Both the position numbers and the translations under genes were made by a program. The notes beneath the pieces are model-generated. The model was not told where the DNA came from. It did not search any database and saw only the letters and a program-made list of their open reading frames with translations. DNA of 64,000 nt from a virus (Duplodnaviria > Caudoviricetes): the IMG/VR virus record IMGVR_UViG_3300033463_000011, positions 136,234-200,233 of that record; one strand, 5' to 3'. This document shows positions 1 through 9,137 of the stretch, piece by piece. Each line of letters opens with the position of its first letter. Positions within the stretch are counted from its first letter, which is position 1.

Positions 1-44
1 TAATAAACTATGGTCCCTACCTTAAATGATAATGAGGGCAAATT

Positions 45-338
45 ATGATTGTATTCGGTTATGCAAAAGATACAAAATATGCAGGCGATGGAACATTATT
101 AATTCAAACAAGAATTCCTAATGCCCATGGTCCTTATCGTATTACTGATTACAACGGGAAGAAGATAAGAAACTATACAGAAGACAAAGATTTACCTTGG
201 TACCCATCTTTATTGCTTCCATATTTGCCAGGAGATGGAGATGTTGTGGCTCTGACAAGTTTAGACAACACTTCATCTTCCTGGTTAGTATTAGGATTAA
301 CAGGCGGTTCATATAACAACGGAGTAAGAGATTTATGA
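45..338 (+). CDS. Baseplate spike/hub OB-fold protein (gp5-N/GpV-like)
   Basis: RIP..HG, DLPW, P..GD.V and W.VLG pattern typical of gp5/GpV N-terminal OB folds; baseplate neighbourhood. Confidence 0.55.
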   Translation: MIVFGYAKDTKYAGDGTLLIQTRIPNAHGPYRITDYNGKKIRNYTEDKDLPWYPSLLLPYLPGDGDVVALTSLDNTSSSWLVLGLTGGSYNNGVRDL

Positions 339-682
339 AAATTTACTGCACAGAAAATAAACGACCTCTTGATAAATTCATCGGAAAAGATGTATGGATT
401 CGTGTTAAAATACATGAAAGAAACTATGCAGGTAGATGGTACAGTTATTGGGACAAGCCTTACATGATTCGTGTACTTGAATATGACCCTGAAGCAGATT
501 GGTATGTTATTAACAAGATAATAGATACTTTTGGGCATGATAGAGATGGGCAGTATAAAGGAAATAGAACTCAAAAGCAAAAGGCTCGTGAGAATAAACA
601 CTATATCAAAAGAGCAAGTATTAAATTGGTAGAACCTGTTGAGATATTAACAACTCCCGAAATATTTGGAGAAGATTTATGA
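335..682 (+). CDS. MKIY-leader paralogue family protein 1
   Basis: MKIYC leader, LDKFIGKDVWI, C-terminal PVEILTTPEI. Confidence 0.85.
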   Translation: MKIYCTENKRPLDKFIGKDVWIRVKIHERNYAGRWYSYWDKPYMIRVLEYDPEADWYVINKIIDTFGHDRDGQYKGNRTQKQKARENKHYIKRASIKLVEPVEILTTPEIFGEDL

Positions 683-1056
683 AGATATATTGTAATAAAA
701 TTCCTGATATTCCAGATATTGATCCAGAACTAATGCGAGCTATACGTCAAATATGTAACAGAGACGCATGGTTAGCTGTTAGATCAGAGGAATGGTATAA
801 TAAGTGGATTAAAGCAGCAATTGTTAATGGAGAATTAAAATTTGATTCAATATATAATAGTGCTTGGTACCCTAAACACGAAGTTATTGCAAAGGGACAA
901 GACATTTCTTGCTGCGATTTAACTGCTACAGATATCGGTCTTGATGATTGTAGACTAATTAAACCTATAGAGGTGTTATCTTCAGAAGAACTTGCAATGT
1001 ATATTTCATCGGAAGATAATAGATTTAGATTTGACCCAGAGATATATAACGTATGA
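679..1056 (+). CDS. MKIY-leader paralogue family protein 2
   Basis: MKIYC, CNRDAWL, PIEVLSSEEL; ATGA overlap. Confidence 0.85.
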   Translation: MKIYCNKIPDIPDIDPELMRAIRQICNRDAWLAVRSEEWYNKWIKAAIVNGELKFDSIYNSAWYPKHEVIAKGQDISCCDLTATDIGLDDCRLIKPIEVLSSEELAMYISSEDNRFRFDPEIYNV

Positions 1057-1364
1057 AGATATATTGTTCACCAGATGATTATAGAGATTTAATAAAATTC
1101 AAAGGTAAAGACCTTTGGGTCAATGCTTATGTAAGTAAAAGATTTGGCAGCAGGAGCAGGTCATACGAATTTAAGCTTTGGATAAAAATACTGGATGTAT
1201 ATCATGACGAAGCTTCCGATATAACTTATTGTGAATATCTCGCATACACTCCAGATAACATAGTTACAGCGCCTCCATTGCCCGCATATAGAATACAGAT
1301 TATAAAACCTTTTGAAGTAATGACATATAATGAATTAAAGGAGAATTTTGATTCAATCGTATGA
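1053..1364 (+). CDS. MKIY-leader paralogue family protein 3
   Basis: MKIYCS, GKDLWV, PFEVMTYNEL. Confidence 0.85.
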   Translation: MKIYCSPDDYRDLIKFKGKDLWVNAYVSKRFGSRSRSYEFKLWIKILDVYHDEASDITYCEYLAYTPDNIVTAPPLPAYRIQIIKPFEVMTYNELKENFDSIV

Positions 1365-1759
1365 AAATATACGCAGCTACAAGAGAATTATCTTTTTATG
1401 ACTTAATCGGCAAAGATGTTTGGGTTAAGTGCTATCACAAAATTGACGAGGATTTACTTGTTATTCCTCAAAAATTTTATGTTAAGGTTTTATACTTAGA
1501 TGAAAATGAAAAAGGAGTTCCAGTTTTCAAATGCAATGCTATTGACTGTGATTATGTAGCTCGGGCCAACGAATATGAACATTTATCTGCAGAGAAAATA
1601 AATTCTTTTATCAATAAAATTGAAGAATTTCCTGAAGATGAGGACAACTATTTATCTTTAGTAATACAGAAGCCTATACAAGCACTAACTACAGAAGAAA
1701 TAATTGAAGCAATGTCTTCTAACGAAGACGAAGATAATGATGAGGATGAATATTTGTAA
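1361..1759 (+). CDS. MKIY-leader paralogue family protein 4
   Basis: MKIYAA, GKDVWV, PIQALTTEEI. Confidence 0.85.
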   Translation: MKIYAATRELSFYDLIGKDVWVKCYHKIDEDLLVIPQKFYVKVLYLDENEKGVPVFKCNAIDCDYVARANEYEHLSAEKINSFINKIEEFPEDEDNYLSLVIQKPIQALTTEEIIEAMSSNEDEDNDEDEYL

Positions 1760-2103
1760 TGAAGGTAAATCCACTCAATGCAGACAGTAATTTGGAAATA
1801 GCTGATAAACTCATCGGCAAAGATTTGTGGGTTAAGATATATAACCCAGATTACAATGCAATAAATAACACAGCATTCTTGCACGTTTTGCATAAATATA
1901 ACAGAGGTTATGGATATGATAACAAAATGTGGTATAAGTGCGAAATAATTCCTGAATATGCTATTATAGATGGCGGCTATGATTCAGAAGATTGGGAAGT
2001 TATTTCCTCAATTATATTTTACAACGAGTTTGATATGAGAACATTTATATTTCAAGACGAATATTATACTACAGAAGAAATTCAAGAGATGTTTGAACAA
2101 TGA
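1759..2103 (+). CDS. MKIY-leader paralogue family protein 5
   Basis: Variant leader MKVNPLNAD, GKDLWV, YTTEEI. Confidence 0.85.
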   Translation: MKVNPLNADSNLEIADKLIGKDLWVKIYNPDYNAINNTAFLHVLHKYNRGYGYDNKMWYKCEIIPEYAIIDGGYDSEDWEVISSIIFYNEFDMRTFIFQDEYYTTEEIQEMFEQ

Positions 2104-2453
2104 AAATATTAGCTTCAGTACAAGATAATAGAGAATTTTTAGATAAGTTAGTGGGCACAGATAGTTGGGTCTTATGTTATATTAGCAGATCATTTTCACC
2201 TAACGGAGACAGAAGATGGTCTAAAAACAGAATGTGGCTTAATTTTGATAGAAAAGTAGATCCAGCACATTATGTAGTTCACTTAAAAATTGCAGGAATT
2301 GATGGTGATCCATATCTTCCTCCAATGTCGCAATTAGACGATTGTTTACATGGAGAAAGAACACTCTATTTTAGAGATATAAAAGTAGTTAAACCTGTTG
2401 AAATGTTAGCAACAGATGAATTATTTTCTGGACCTGAACTGGACGAGGAGTAA
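2100..2453 (+). CDS. MKIY-leader paralogue family protein 6
   Basis: MKILAS, GTDSWV, PVEMLATDEL. Confidence 0.85.
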   Translation: MKILASVQDNREFLDKLVGTDSWVLCYISRSFSPNGDRRWSKNRMWLNFDRKVDPAHYVVHLKIAGIDGDPYLPPMSQLDDCLHGERTLYFRDIKVVKPVEMLATDELFSGPELDEE

Positions 2454-2455
2454 CA

Positions 2456-2770
2456 ATGAAGATATACGCATCAAAAGTAGATTTAGCTGATCTTGATTAC
2501 TATGTCGGTAAAGATTTATGGGTTAGAGTTACTTCCGCTTCAACTACTTGTTGGGCTAAATTACTATCTAAAGGCGAAGATAGTAGAAGTGTATATTACA
2601 GATGTTTAGCAATATTTGATGGAATGCTAGATGTTGACGGTATGATTCATCTAAACGCTTCAGCATTAGCTGAATTTTACGACCATATATACATAATGTG
2701 GACAGACAACTCGTATGTAGTTCAGCCTATAGATATACTTGAAGAAGACGAAATAATCGAGAGGATATGA
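2456..2770 (+). CDS. MKIY-leader paralogue family protein 7
   Basis: MKIYAS, GKDLWV, PIDILEEDEI; GAGGAG RBS. Confidence 0.85.
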   Translation: MKIYASKVDLADLDYYVGKDLWVRVTSASTTCWAKLLSKGEDSRSVYYRCLAIFDGMLDVDGMIHLNASALAEFYDHIYIMWTDNSYVVQPIDILEEDEIIERI

Positions 2771-2773
2771 TTT

Positions 2774-3118
2774 ATGAAGATATATGCATCATATTATCAT
2801 GACCTAGACCAATTTGCTGGAGAAGATTTATGGGTTAAGATAGATTATCACATGGGTAGTAACTATGATAATCAATCAATGTATGTTAAGGTCTTGCTTA
2901 GTTTTAGGGATACCGAATTCTTGTGGTACGAAGTTCAAGCCGTTGCTACAGATTGGGTAGAGTCCCCAGATTGCTATTTTGGATTAAGAGAATGTATGGA
3001 AAAAGCAAGATTAATAAAAGAAGGTGATTATAGTATATCACGCCCAATGGAATGTTATACTACAGATGAAATGCTAGAGCTTCTTGGAGATTCTCTTGAT
3101 AGAGGAATACTCGATTGA
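2774..3118 (+). CDS. MKIY-leader paralogue family protein 8
   Basis: MKIYAS, GEDLWV, PMECYTTDEM. Confidence 0.85.
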   Translation: MKIYASYYHDLDQFAGEDLWVKIDYHMGSNYDNQSMYVKVLLSFRDTEFLWYEVQAVATDWVESPDCYFGLRECMEKARLIKEGDYSISRPMECYTTDEMLELLGDSLDRGILD

Positions 3119-3127
3119 GGTAACCAT

Positions 3128-3490
3128 ATGAAAATATACGCGTCAACATCGGAAGATAGAAAGCATAAGATCTTGGAAAGCTTAGTAGGTAAAGATCTGT
3201 GGATTAAAGCAAAATTATATGAAGGTAACTTAGCAAAAAATGATTACTATGTGCATATCATTAAGAAACTGCGCCCTCAAATTGGTTTTGATTACGAAGT
3301 TAACCGCATAATGGATAGCTCTGATCTTCCAGGATATGAAGATTCACAAGGAAGAATAACCTTAGATGCTTTTCATAATGCCTATCTTGCACACAGTCAT
3401 TGGATGAATGCATCTGATATACATCCAGTAATTCCAATTGAAGTGTACACATCAGAAGAACTATTTATCGCCCCTGAGGAAGAACAATGA
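3128..3490 (+). CDS. MKIY-leader paralogue family protein 9
   Basis: MKIYAS, GKDLWI, PIEVYTSEEL. Confidence 0.85.
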   Translation: MKIYASTSEDRKHKILESLVGKDLWIKAKLYEGNLAKNDYYVHIIKKLRPQIGFDYEVNRIMDSSDLPGYEDSQGRITLDAFHNAYLAHSHWMNASDIHPVIPIEVYTSEELFIAPEEEQ

Positions 3491-3807
3491 AAATATACGC
3501 AAGCGATCAGAAAAATATTTTAGACAGATTGTGTGGCACAGATCATTGGATAAAAGTCGCTTACAATAACCATATCTATCTGTTTAACATATTAGAACGA
3601 TTTAAGAATATGGATGGCAGAATGATGTTAAGATGCAAAATGGTTATGTGGAATCAACTAGTTATGCCTAAAGATTACAGAAGATCAATAGATTTGATAT
3701 ACAAAATTGACAAATACTATTACGTATATGAAGATCTAGTAACGGTAAAAGAACCAATTGATGTGATAACAGATGACGAATTAATTGATATGATACAAGG
3801 TACCTAA
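3487..3807 (+). CDS. MKIY-leader paralogue family protein 10
   Basis: MKIYAS, GTDHWI, PIDVITDDEL. Confidence 0.85.
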   Translation: MKIYASDQKNILDRLCGTDHWIKVAYNNHIYLFNILERFKNMDGRMMLRCKMVMWNQLVMPKDYRRSIDLIYKIDKYYYVYEDLVTVKEPIDVITDDELIDMIQGT

Positions 3808-3826
3808 AGGTACCTTTAATATTATT

Positions 3827-4138
3827 ATGAAGATATATTGTAGCACAGAATCAGAGTTTGACAAATTTGTAGGAACTGACCTTTGGGTTAGGGCAAATTA
3901 TTATGGAGGAAAATACTTCATAAGGTTTCTGTCCAAAAATAATTATGCAGACGAGCGTGGATATGTTACTAATATGGTTAGAACACTTTGCGCAGGTGAT
4001 GATGGATTCATTCATTATAGTCATGAATATGAATTAGAGTATGTGCAAATGGAAAAAAGTTGGTGTAGTGCAGAAAATCTATTATTAATTAAGCCAATAG
4101 AATGCTATACAACAGATGAATTATTCATAGTAGATTAA
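3827..4138 (+). CDS. MKIY-leader paralogue family protein 11
   Basis: MKIYCS, GTDLWV, PIECYTTDEL. Confidence 0.85.
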   Translation: MKIYCSTESEFDKFVGTDLWVRANYYGGKYFIRFLSKNNYADERGYVTNMVRTLCAGDDGFIHYSHEYELEYVQMEKSWCSAENLLLIKPIECYTTDELFIVD

Positions 4139-4147
4139 GAGAATGTT

Positions 4148-4507
4148 ATGAAGATATATTGTAGTAGAGATCCAAGAAAATTACTAAAACAGTATGTAGG
4201 TAAGGACATATGGATTAAAGTCCACTTGCCTAAATCTGCTCATCACCCAGATGATCCAAATGTCCTCTATATGAGGATATTATCCGAATCGGATAAGTGC
4301 TACACAGTTAACTTACTTAATCCGATAGTTGTAGACTATAACTTCGGCATGAATATAACAGATTATGATTTAAATAAATTCTTAAATAAAATTAGTACTG
4401 TTGACAAAGATGACATAATGTTAATTGAACCTCTAGAAGCATATTCTACAGACGAAATATTTACTGAAGTACCTGATGATTATAACTACGAGGAAGATGG
4501 AGAATAA
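4148..4507 (+). CDS. MKIY-leader paralogue family protein 12
   Basis: MKIYCS, GKDIWI, PLEAYSTDEI. Confidence 0.85.
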   Translation: MKIYCSRDPRKLLKQYVGKDIWIKVHLPKSAHHPDDPNVLYMRILSESDKCYTVNLLNPIVVDYNFGMNITDYDLNKFLNKISTVDKDDIMLIEPLEAYSTDEIFTEVPDDYNYEEDGE

Positions 4508-4510
4508 CAT

Positions 4511-4975
4511 ATGGCAGAAACAACATCGTTATCATTTCCAAATATGTTCAACTTAATAAGTAATCAAGTATCTGTAGACGAGGACTTAAAGTCAGTTACT
4601 ACTAGGTCAAGATTACTTATATTAACTGAGCCCACAGAATTATACAACAACCCTAACTTCGGTGTAGGATTAAAGCGTCATTTGTTTAAGTATAACACTG
4701 AAAATGAAAAAGCATTAATCAAAGATAGGATTGTTGCACAATTAAGATTACATGAACCCGATGTAGTTGCCGAAAAAACATCATTTACTGATGGATTATT
4801 ATTCACAGGAGATTCCAGTTTACAACATGTTGATGATGCAAATGAATTAAATATGACTGTAGCAATGCTAACTACTTTCGGAAAAGAAATCTCACTTGAT
4901 TTAAATCCTAAGCAACCTATAGAAGGCGAGTTAACTATAAATAGTTCGGGCTGGTCTATAACGGAGGTAGATTAA
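4511..4975 (+). CDS. Baseplate wedge / sheath initiator, gp25/GpW-like
   Basis: LILT.P.E...NP.FGVGL...LF and L..HEP pattern of the GPW_gp25 family. Confidence 0.8.
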   Translation: MAETTSLSFPNMFNLISNQVSVDEDLKSVTTRSRLLILTEPTELYNNPNFGVGLKRHLFKYNTENEKALIKDRIVAQLRLHEPDVVAEKTSFTDGLLFTGDSSLQHVDDANELNMTVAMLTTFGKEISLDLNPKQPIEGELTINSSGWSITEVD

Positions 4976-5622
4976 TGAAGATATACGGTGGATATTCAAT
5001 TAAACAAAAACAGAGTATCAATCTTATTAAGCAAGGAATTGATGATCACTTAAGCGAATTTTCTGATTATGTTAGCTATGACATAAAAGCAGTAAAAAAT
5101 GATGTAGATAATAGTTTTAATATATTATTACGCCCTAACTATTACGGCATTACTTGGAAGTATACTGTATCAATTGTACATAATTACATAGGTGAATCTC
5201 TTCATATTTTAGATAGCTATATTAATTCGAACGATACTGATAATTCTTTTGAAAAGATTAAACAATTTTCAGAATTCTTCGAGTACATAAATAATGTGGG
5301 CTGGAGAAGCATACTTTCAAATTATTTTACTTACTTAAATAAAGATCTAAACAATACAATAAAATATTTGAAGAGAATTGAGGGAAAAGACTTGTGGGTT
5401 AAATGTAACTGTCTATGTTATAACGATGACTACGGCAGATATTCTTGGACTTCCGGTGGGTATGTTAAAATTTTACGTATAGAAGACGATGTAATAGAAT
5501 ATAATTACAAAACACTATATGGATCAGATGGCAGCGGATCATGCAATATTTATGATATACAATTATCTAGTCCTTTAGAGGTATTAAGTACAGAAGAGTT
5601 GTTAGATACAGATGCTACATAA
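4975..5622 (+). CDS. MKIY-leader paralogue family protein 13 (N-terminally extended)
   Basis: MKIYGG leader, ~130 aa insertion, then GKDLWV...PLEVLSTEEL. Confidence 0.85.
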   Translation: MKIYGGYSIKQKQSINLIKQGIDDHLSEFSDYVSYDIKAVKNDVDNSFNILLRPNYYGITWKYTVSIVHNYIGESLHILDSYINSNDTDNSFEKIKQFSEFFEYINNVGWRSILSNYFTYLNKDLNNTIKYLKRIEGKDLWVKCNCLCYNDDYGRYSWTSGGYVKILRIEDDVIEYNYKTLYGSDGSGSCNIYDIQLSSPLEVLSTEELLDTDAT

Positions 5623-5651
5623 GACATAAAATAATAAGCAGGAGGTCACTA

Positions 5652-6392
5652 ATGAGAATATATTCATCAAAAACATCAGAAAAACTTGCAAAATTATCCG
5701 AGCTTAAAAGTTCTCAAAGTGAAATCAACAAAGCAAAACGCGCATTGAATAGAAAGATTAATGAAGTAAAGAAGCGAATTGACGCAGAATTTAAAGAAGA
5801 GGCCGCAATACTTCATACTGATTCTTTACTTAAAGTTAAAAATGAAAAATACGGGTTTGTTTTAAGATTTTCTTCTACTTACGGAGTAAGGTGGTATGTA
5901 GATGTAGATGCAGATTCAATTAAGTCGCATATATTCAAAGAAGATAACATAATAGAATGCGGAGATATATTTATTACAATTGGAAATATATTAAATAAAA
6001 TATATAATAATTCGTTTGAAGATGAAATACTGGAGTTAAATACGCTAGACGACGAATATAAGCAATTGCAATCAGATGCTTTATATTTCAAATCGGGAAT
6101 ATCCGCTCTTGAGTTAGAAAAATTTGTTGGTAGAGATATATGGGTCGAAGCAAATATTAAACATCTCACTAATTATTCAGTCCCACAACATGCATTCATA
6201 AAGATAAAAGATATAAAATCAGATAATAAGGTGGCGATTAGTTGGAAATTTGCTCATACTAATCGAGACGGTACAATATATATTTCAGGATATGGTAGAG
6301 ATGATGGATTAACAGATGCATATAACATATCATTAGTACAGCCTATAAATACATTAACAGATGAAGAAATGAATGAATTAATAAATTTGTAA
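5652..6392 (+). CDS. MKIY-leader paralogue family protein 14 (N-terminally extended)
   Basis: MRIYSS leader, helical insertion, GRDIWV...PINTLTDEEM; GGAGG RBS. Confidence 0.85.
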   Translation: MRIYSSKTSEKLAKLSELKSSQSEINKAKRALNRKINEVKKRIDAEFKEEAAILHTDSLLKVKNEKYGFVLRFSSTYGVRWYVDVDADSIKSHIFKEDNIIECGDIFITIGNILNKIYNNSFEDEILELNTLDDEYKQLQSDALYFKSGISALELEKFVGRDIWVEANIKHLTNYSVPQHAFIKIKDIKSDNKVAISWKFAHTNRDGTIYISGYGRDDGLTDAYNISLVQPINTLTDEEMNELINL

Positions 6393-6393
6393 T

Positions 6394-6696
6394 ATGAAGA
6401 TATATGCTACAACAAATCAATATGATCTATCTCGATACTCGGGCAGAGATGTATATGTGTATGCTTGCGTGCAGGGAGTAAAGGTATCTTGGTATAAATG
6501 GACTAAAATAATAGATATTCACGGAGATGTTGCAAGTGTTATATTCTGGGACTATCCAGAATCCAAACAGGTGTTTAATATTCCTCTAGAGTCAATTAGT
6601 ATAGATACAGAGTTTCCTGTTGAGGTTATGACTTATAATGAGATACTAGATGAAAAATTAGACAATGCTAGAAGAAGATTAGCAGGAGAGAATTAA
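6394..6696 (+). CDS. MKIY-leader paralogue family protein 15
   Basis: MKIYAT, GRDVYV, PVEVMTYNEI. Confidence 0.85.
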   Translation: MKIYATTNQYDLSRYSGRDVYVYACVQGVKVSWYKWTKIIDIHGDVASVIFWDYPESKQVFNIPLESISIDTEFPVEVMTYNEILDEKLDNARRRLAGEN

Positions 6697-6697
6697 G

Positions 6698-7012
6698 TTG
6701 AAGATATATTGCAAGGAACAATTACATGAATCAAATCCTTATAAATATATAGGAAGAGATGTATGGATCCATGTTTTGTATGGCGCTGATTATGCTTGGG
6801 TCAAATTCAAAGATAGCGGTAAAGACGAAAACGGATACTACTTCATTGTTGATTATGTAGACGACCAATGGTTAGAAAACCCAGAATGTAATATAGAAAT
6901 TGAAATGGATCATGATGCTAAATGGTATACACACCACATGTGCATATCTAATCCTGTGGAAATATTAACAACGGAAGAACTTTTAGCTAGAGATTATGAT
7001 GCATACATTTGA
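6698..7012 (+). CDS. MKIY-leader paralogue family protein 16
   Basis: TTG start, KIYC, GRDVWI, PVEILTTEEL. Confidence 0.85.
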   Translation: MKIYCKEQLHESNPYKYIGRDVWIHVLYGADYAWVKFKDSGKDENGYYFIVDYVDDQWLENPECNIEIEMDHDAKWYTHHMCISNPVEILTTEELLARDYDAYI

Positions 7013-7036
7013 AGAAGCAACAATAGGTAATACTAT

Positions 7037-7414
7037 ATGAAGATATATTGTAGCACTAACAAAAGTATATTTGAGAAACTTGCAGGTAAAGATATGTGGG
7101 TTAAAGGAACTGCATCTCGTGATGCTGCAGGTATAGTTAGCACATTAACTATATCCGTTTGGTTTAAGATACTTTACGCAGATAGTATTATATGCCGTTT
7201 TAATATAGTTAATCCTTTAGTTATGTCAAATTCAGCTATACTTGAATGCTATATTGACGATACATATACAATGCATACAACAGATAAAGATAGTTCTATG
7301 ACTTATACAATAAACTATCCTTTAGACACTCTTACAGATGAAGAATTCAAAGAGATAAAGCAACAAGACAACTGGACAGCAATTTTGTTTAAAGAGTATT
7401 CTGGAGAAGCCTGA
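7037..7414 (+). CDS. MKIY-leader paralogue family protein 17
   Basis: MKIYCS, GKDMWV, PLDTLTDEEF. Confidence 0.85.
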   Translation: MKIYCSTNKSIFEKLAGKDMWVKGTASRDAAGIVSTLTISVWFKILYADSIICRFNIVNPLVMSNSAILECYIDDTYTMHTTDKDSSMTYTINYPLDTLTDEEFKEIKQQDNWTAILFKEYSGEA

Positions 7415-7734
7415 TGAAGATATATTGTAGTAACAATTCAAACGAACTCGACAAATTTATCGGCAAAGATATCTGGGTTAAGGTATATGACAAATATGTC
7501 GAGTGTTTTAAATACATACGAATTGTATCATCAAATAGCACTTCATACAGCTATAATCAATTATTTGCATCAAGTCTAGAAAATCCTTATGGTGATGTTA
7601 TGTTTACCGGAGGCGGTAATCGCCTTTTAGGATACTTTACAAATAATGTTTATCAAGACTACAAAAGTACTTTAGAAATAGTGCATCCTGTAACTTGTTA
7701 TACCACTTCTGAAATATTTCCGGAGGAAGATTAA
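7414..7734 (+). CDS. MKIY-leader paralogue family protein 18
   Basis: MKIYCS, GKDIWV, PVTCYTTSEI. Confidence 0.85.
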   Translation: MKIYCSNNSNELDKFIGKDIWVKVYDKYVECFKYIRIVSSNSTSYSYNQLFASSLENPYGDVMFTGGGNRLLGYFTNNVYQDYKSTLEIVHPVTCYTTSEIFPEED

Positions 7735-8064
7735 ATGAAAATATACGCAAGTAAAAGATATCATTATTATGAAGATATATTAGACGATATCTGCGGAAAA
7801 GATTTATGGGTATTTATACGATATAATTCATCTACTGTTTATGCACGTGGTGGATACTACCCTCAAAATTATTGGGTACAAGTTGTACGCAAAGACAATG
7901 ATAACTATATTGTAAAAATGATAAATGACAATACTTATGGATTTGACACTTTAGATGACATAGAACCTAATAAACTCAACACATTCAGAATTTTAGACAT
8001 ATATGAACCGTTAGAGTTGTTATCAACAGAAGAATTGATTGAAGATAAGGAATTAGATGAATGA
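7735..8064 (+). CDS. MKIY-leader paralogue family protein 19
   Basis: MKIYAS, GKDLWV, PLELLSTEEL. Confidence 0.85.
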   Translation: MKIYASKRYHYYEDILDDICGKDLWVFIRYNSSTVYARGGYYPQNYWVQVVRKDNDNYIVKMINDNTYGFDTLDDIEPNKLNTFRILDIYEPLELLSTEELIEDKELDE

Positions 8065-8402
8065 AAATATATTGTAGTAGCCAGAAACAGCTCAACAGAT
8101 ATGCAGGTAGAGATTTATGGTTTCATGGTAATATAAATAATCATGTAGCTAAAAATGGAGTTACTACTTGGGTTAGAGTTTTAGATAAAGTGCCTTCGCA
8201 ATATATTGATACTTATAAAGTTCAGTGTGTTCCTGATTTTCTTATTGAAGATGAATATTATTTTGACACTGAAAGAATTGTTGGTTGGCTGCAGGATATA
8301 CGTAATGTGTCTTATGACAAGATTTACATAAGTGATGAAGCATTAACTTCCGAAGAATTGTTTGGAGATAACTTATGGGAAGTTGAGGAGTGGATAAAAT
8401 GA
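8061..8402 (+). CDS. MKIY-leader paralogue family protein 20
   Basis: MKIYCS, GRDLWF, ALTSEEL. Confidence 0.85.
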   Translation: MKIYCSSQKQLNRYAGRDLWFHGNINNHVAKNGVTTWVRVLDKVPSQYIDTYKVQCVPDFLIEDEYYFDTERIVGWLQDIRNVSYDKIYISDEALTSEELFGDNLWEVEEWIK

Positions 8403-8746
8403 AAATATATTGTTCAAAAAATAATCCTACTATAGACGATTTCATCGGCAAAGATGTTTGGGTAAAATGTTATAGGTCTGATAGATATGATTTCAAGAGA
8501 TTAGTTTATGTTAATCTCTACGATAAACTTGGCGAAGATCAGTACTACGGAAAAAATATATCGGCTAATGTTATAGATGATATGCGCACGGTATTTGATC
8601 AATACATGGATGTTAGCGGAAGAGACGATGTGAGAGATTTTGTTGAAGGTGAACCTTGGGAGTTTCCTGCAAAGTTGGAATTATTCAAACCAGTAGAAAT
8701 AATTACACATGATGAATTAATTGATATGCTAGGTGATGAGGAATGA
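8399..8746 (+). CDS. MKIY-leader paralogue family protein 21
   Basis: Start moved to ATG 8399 (MKIYCS) after GAGGAG; GKDVWV, PVEIITHDEL. Confidence 0.85.
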   Translation: MKIYCSKNNPTIDDFIGKDVWVKCYRSDRYDFKRLVYVNLYDKLGEDQYYGKNISANVIDDMRTVFDQYMDVSGRDDVRDFVEGEPWEFPAKLELFKPVEIITHDELIDMLGDEE

Positions 8747-9072
8747 AAATATACGGATTTACAATAAATAAGAAGCTAGATAGATTTGTAGGTAGAGATG
8801 TTTGGGTTAAAGTTTATCAAGACGCCGCTCCTGTTGTTACTGCACCTATTCTCTATATAAGAATTTTATCCAGAGAAGGAAACAAACTTACACTAAACAC
8901 ACTGAATCCAGATATCGTTGAAAATAGCAGACACTGTAGAGATTTACGAATTATTTTTGAAAATATAGTAACTTGGCCTCAAGAAAGAATTTTACTAATA
9001 GAACCAGTTGAAGCATTAACAACAGAAGAACTAAAAGAGATAAACGAAGGAAATACAGATATAGTCGATTGA
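8743..9072 (+). CDS. MKIY-leader paralogue family protein 22
   Basis: MKIYG, GRDVWV, PVEALTTEEL. Confidence 0.85.
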   Translation: MKIYGFTINKKLDRFVGRDVWVKVYQDAAPVVTAPILYIRILSREGNKLTLNTLNPDIVENSRHCRDLRIIFENIVTWPQERILLIEPVEALTTEELKEINEGNTDIVD

Positions 9073-9073
9073 G

Positions 9074-9100
9074 AAGGTTTACAAAATGTAAACCTTTTTT
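9074..9100 (+). terminator. Intrinsic terminator overlapping AACCTTT motif
   Basis: AAGGTTTACA-AAA-TGTAAACCTT followed by T run. Confidence 0.7.
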
Positions 9101-9137
9101 ACTATATATGATATCATAAAATACATAGGAGAATATT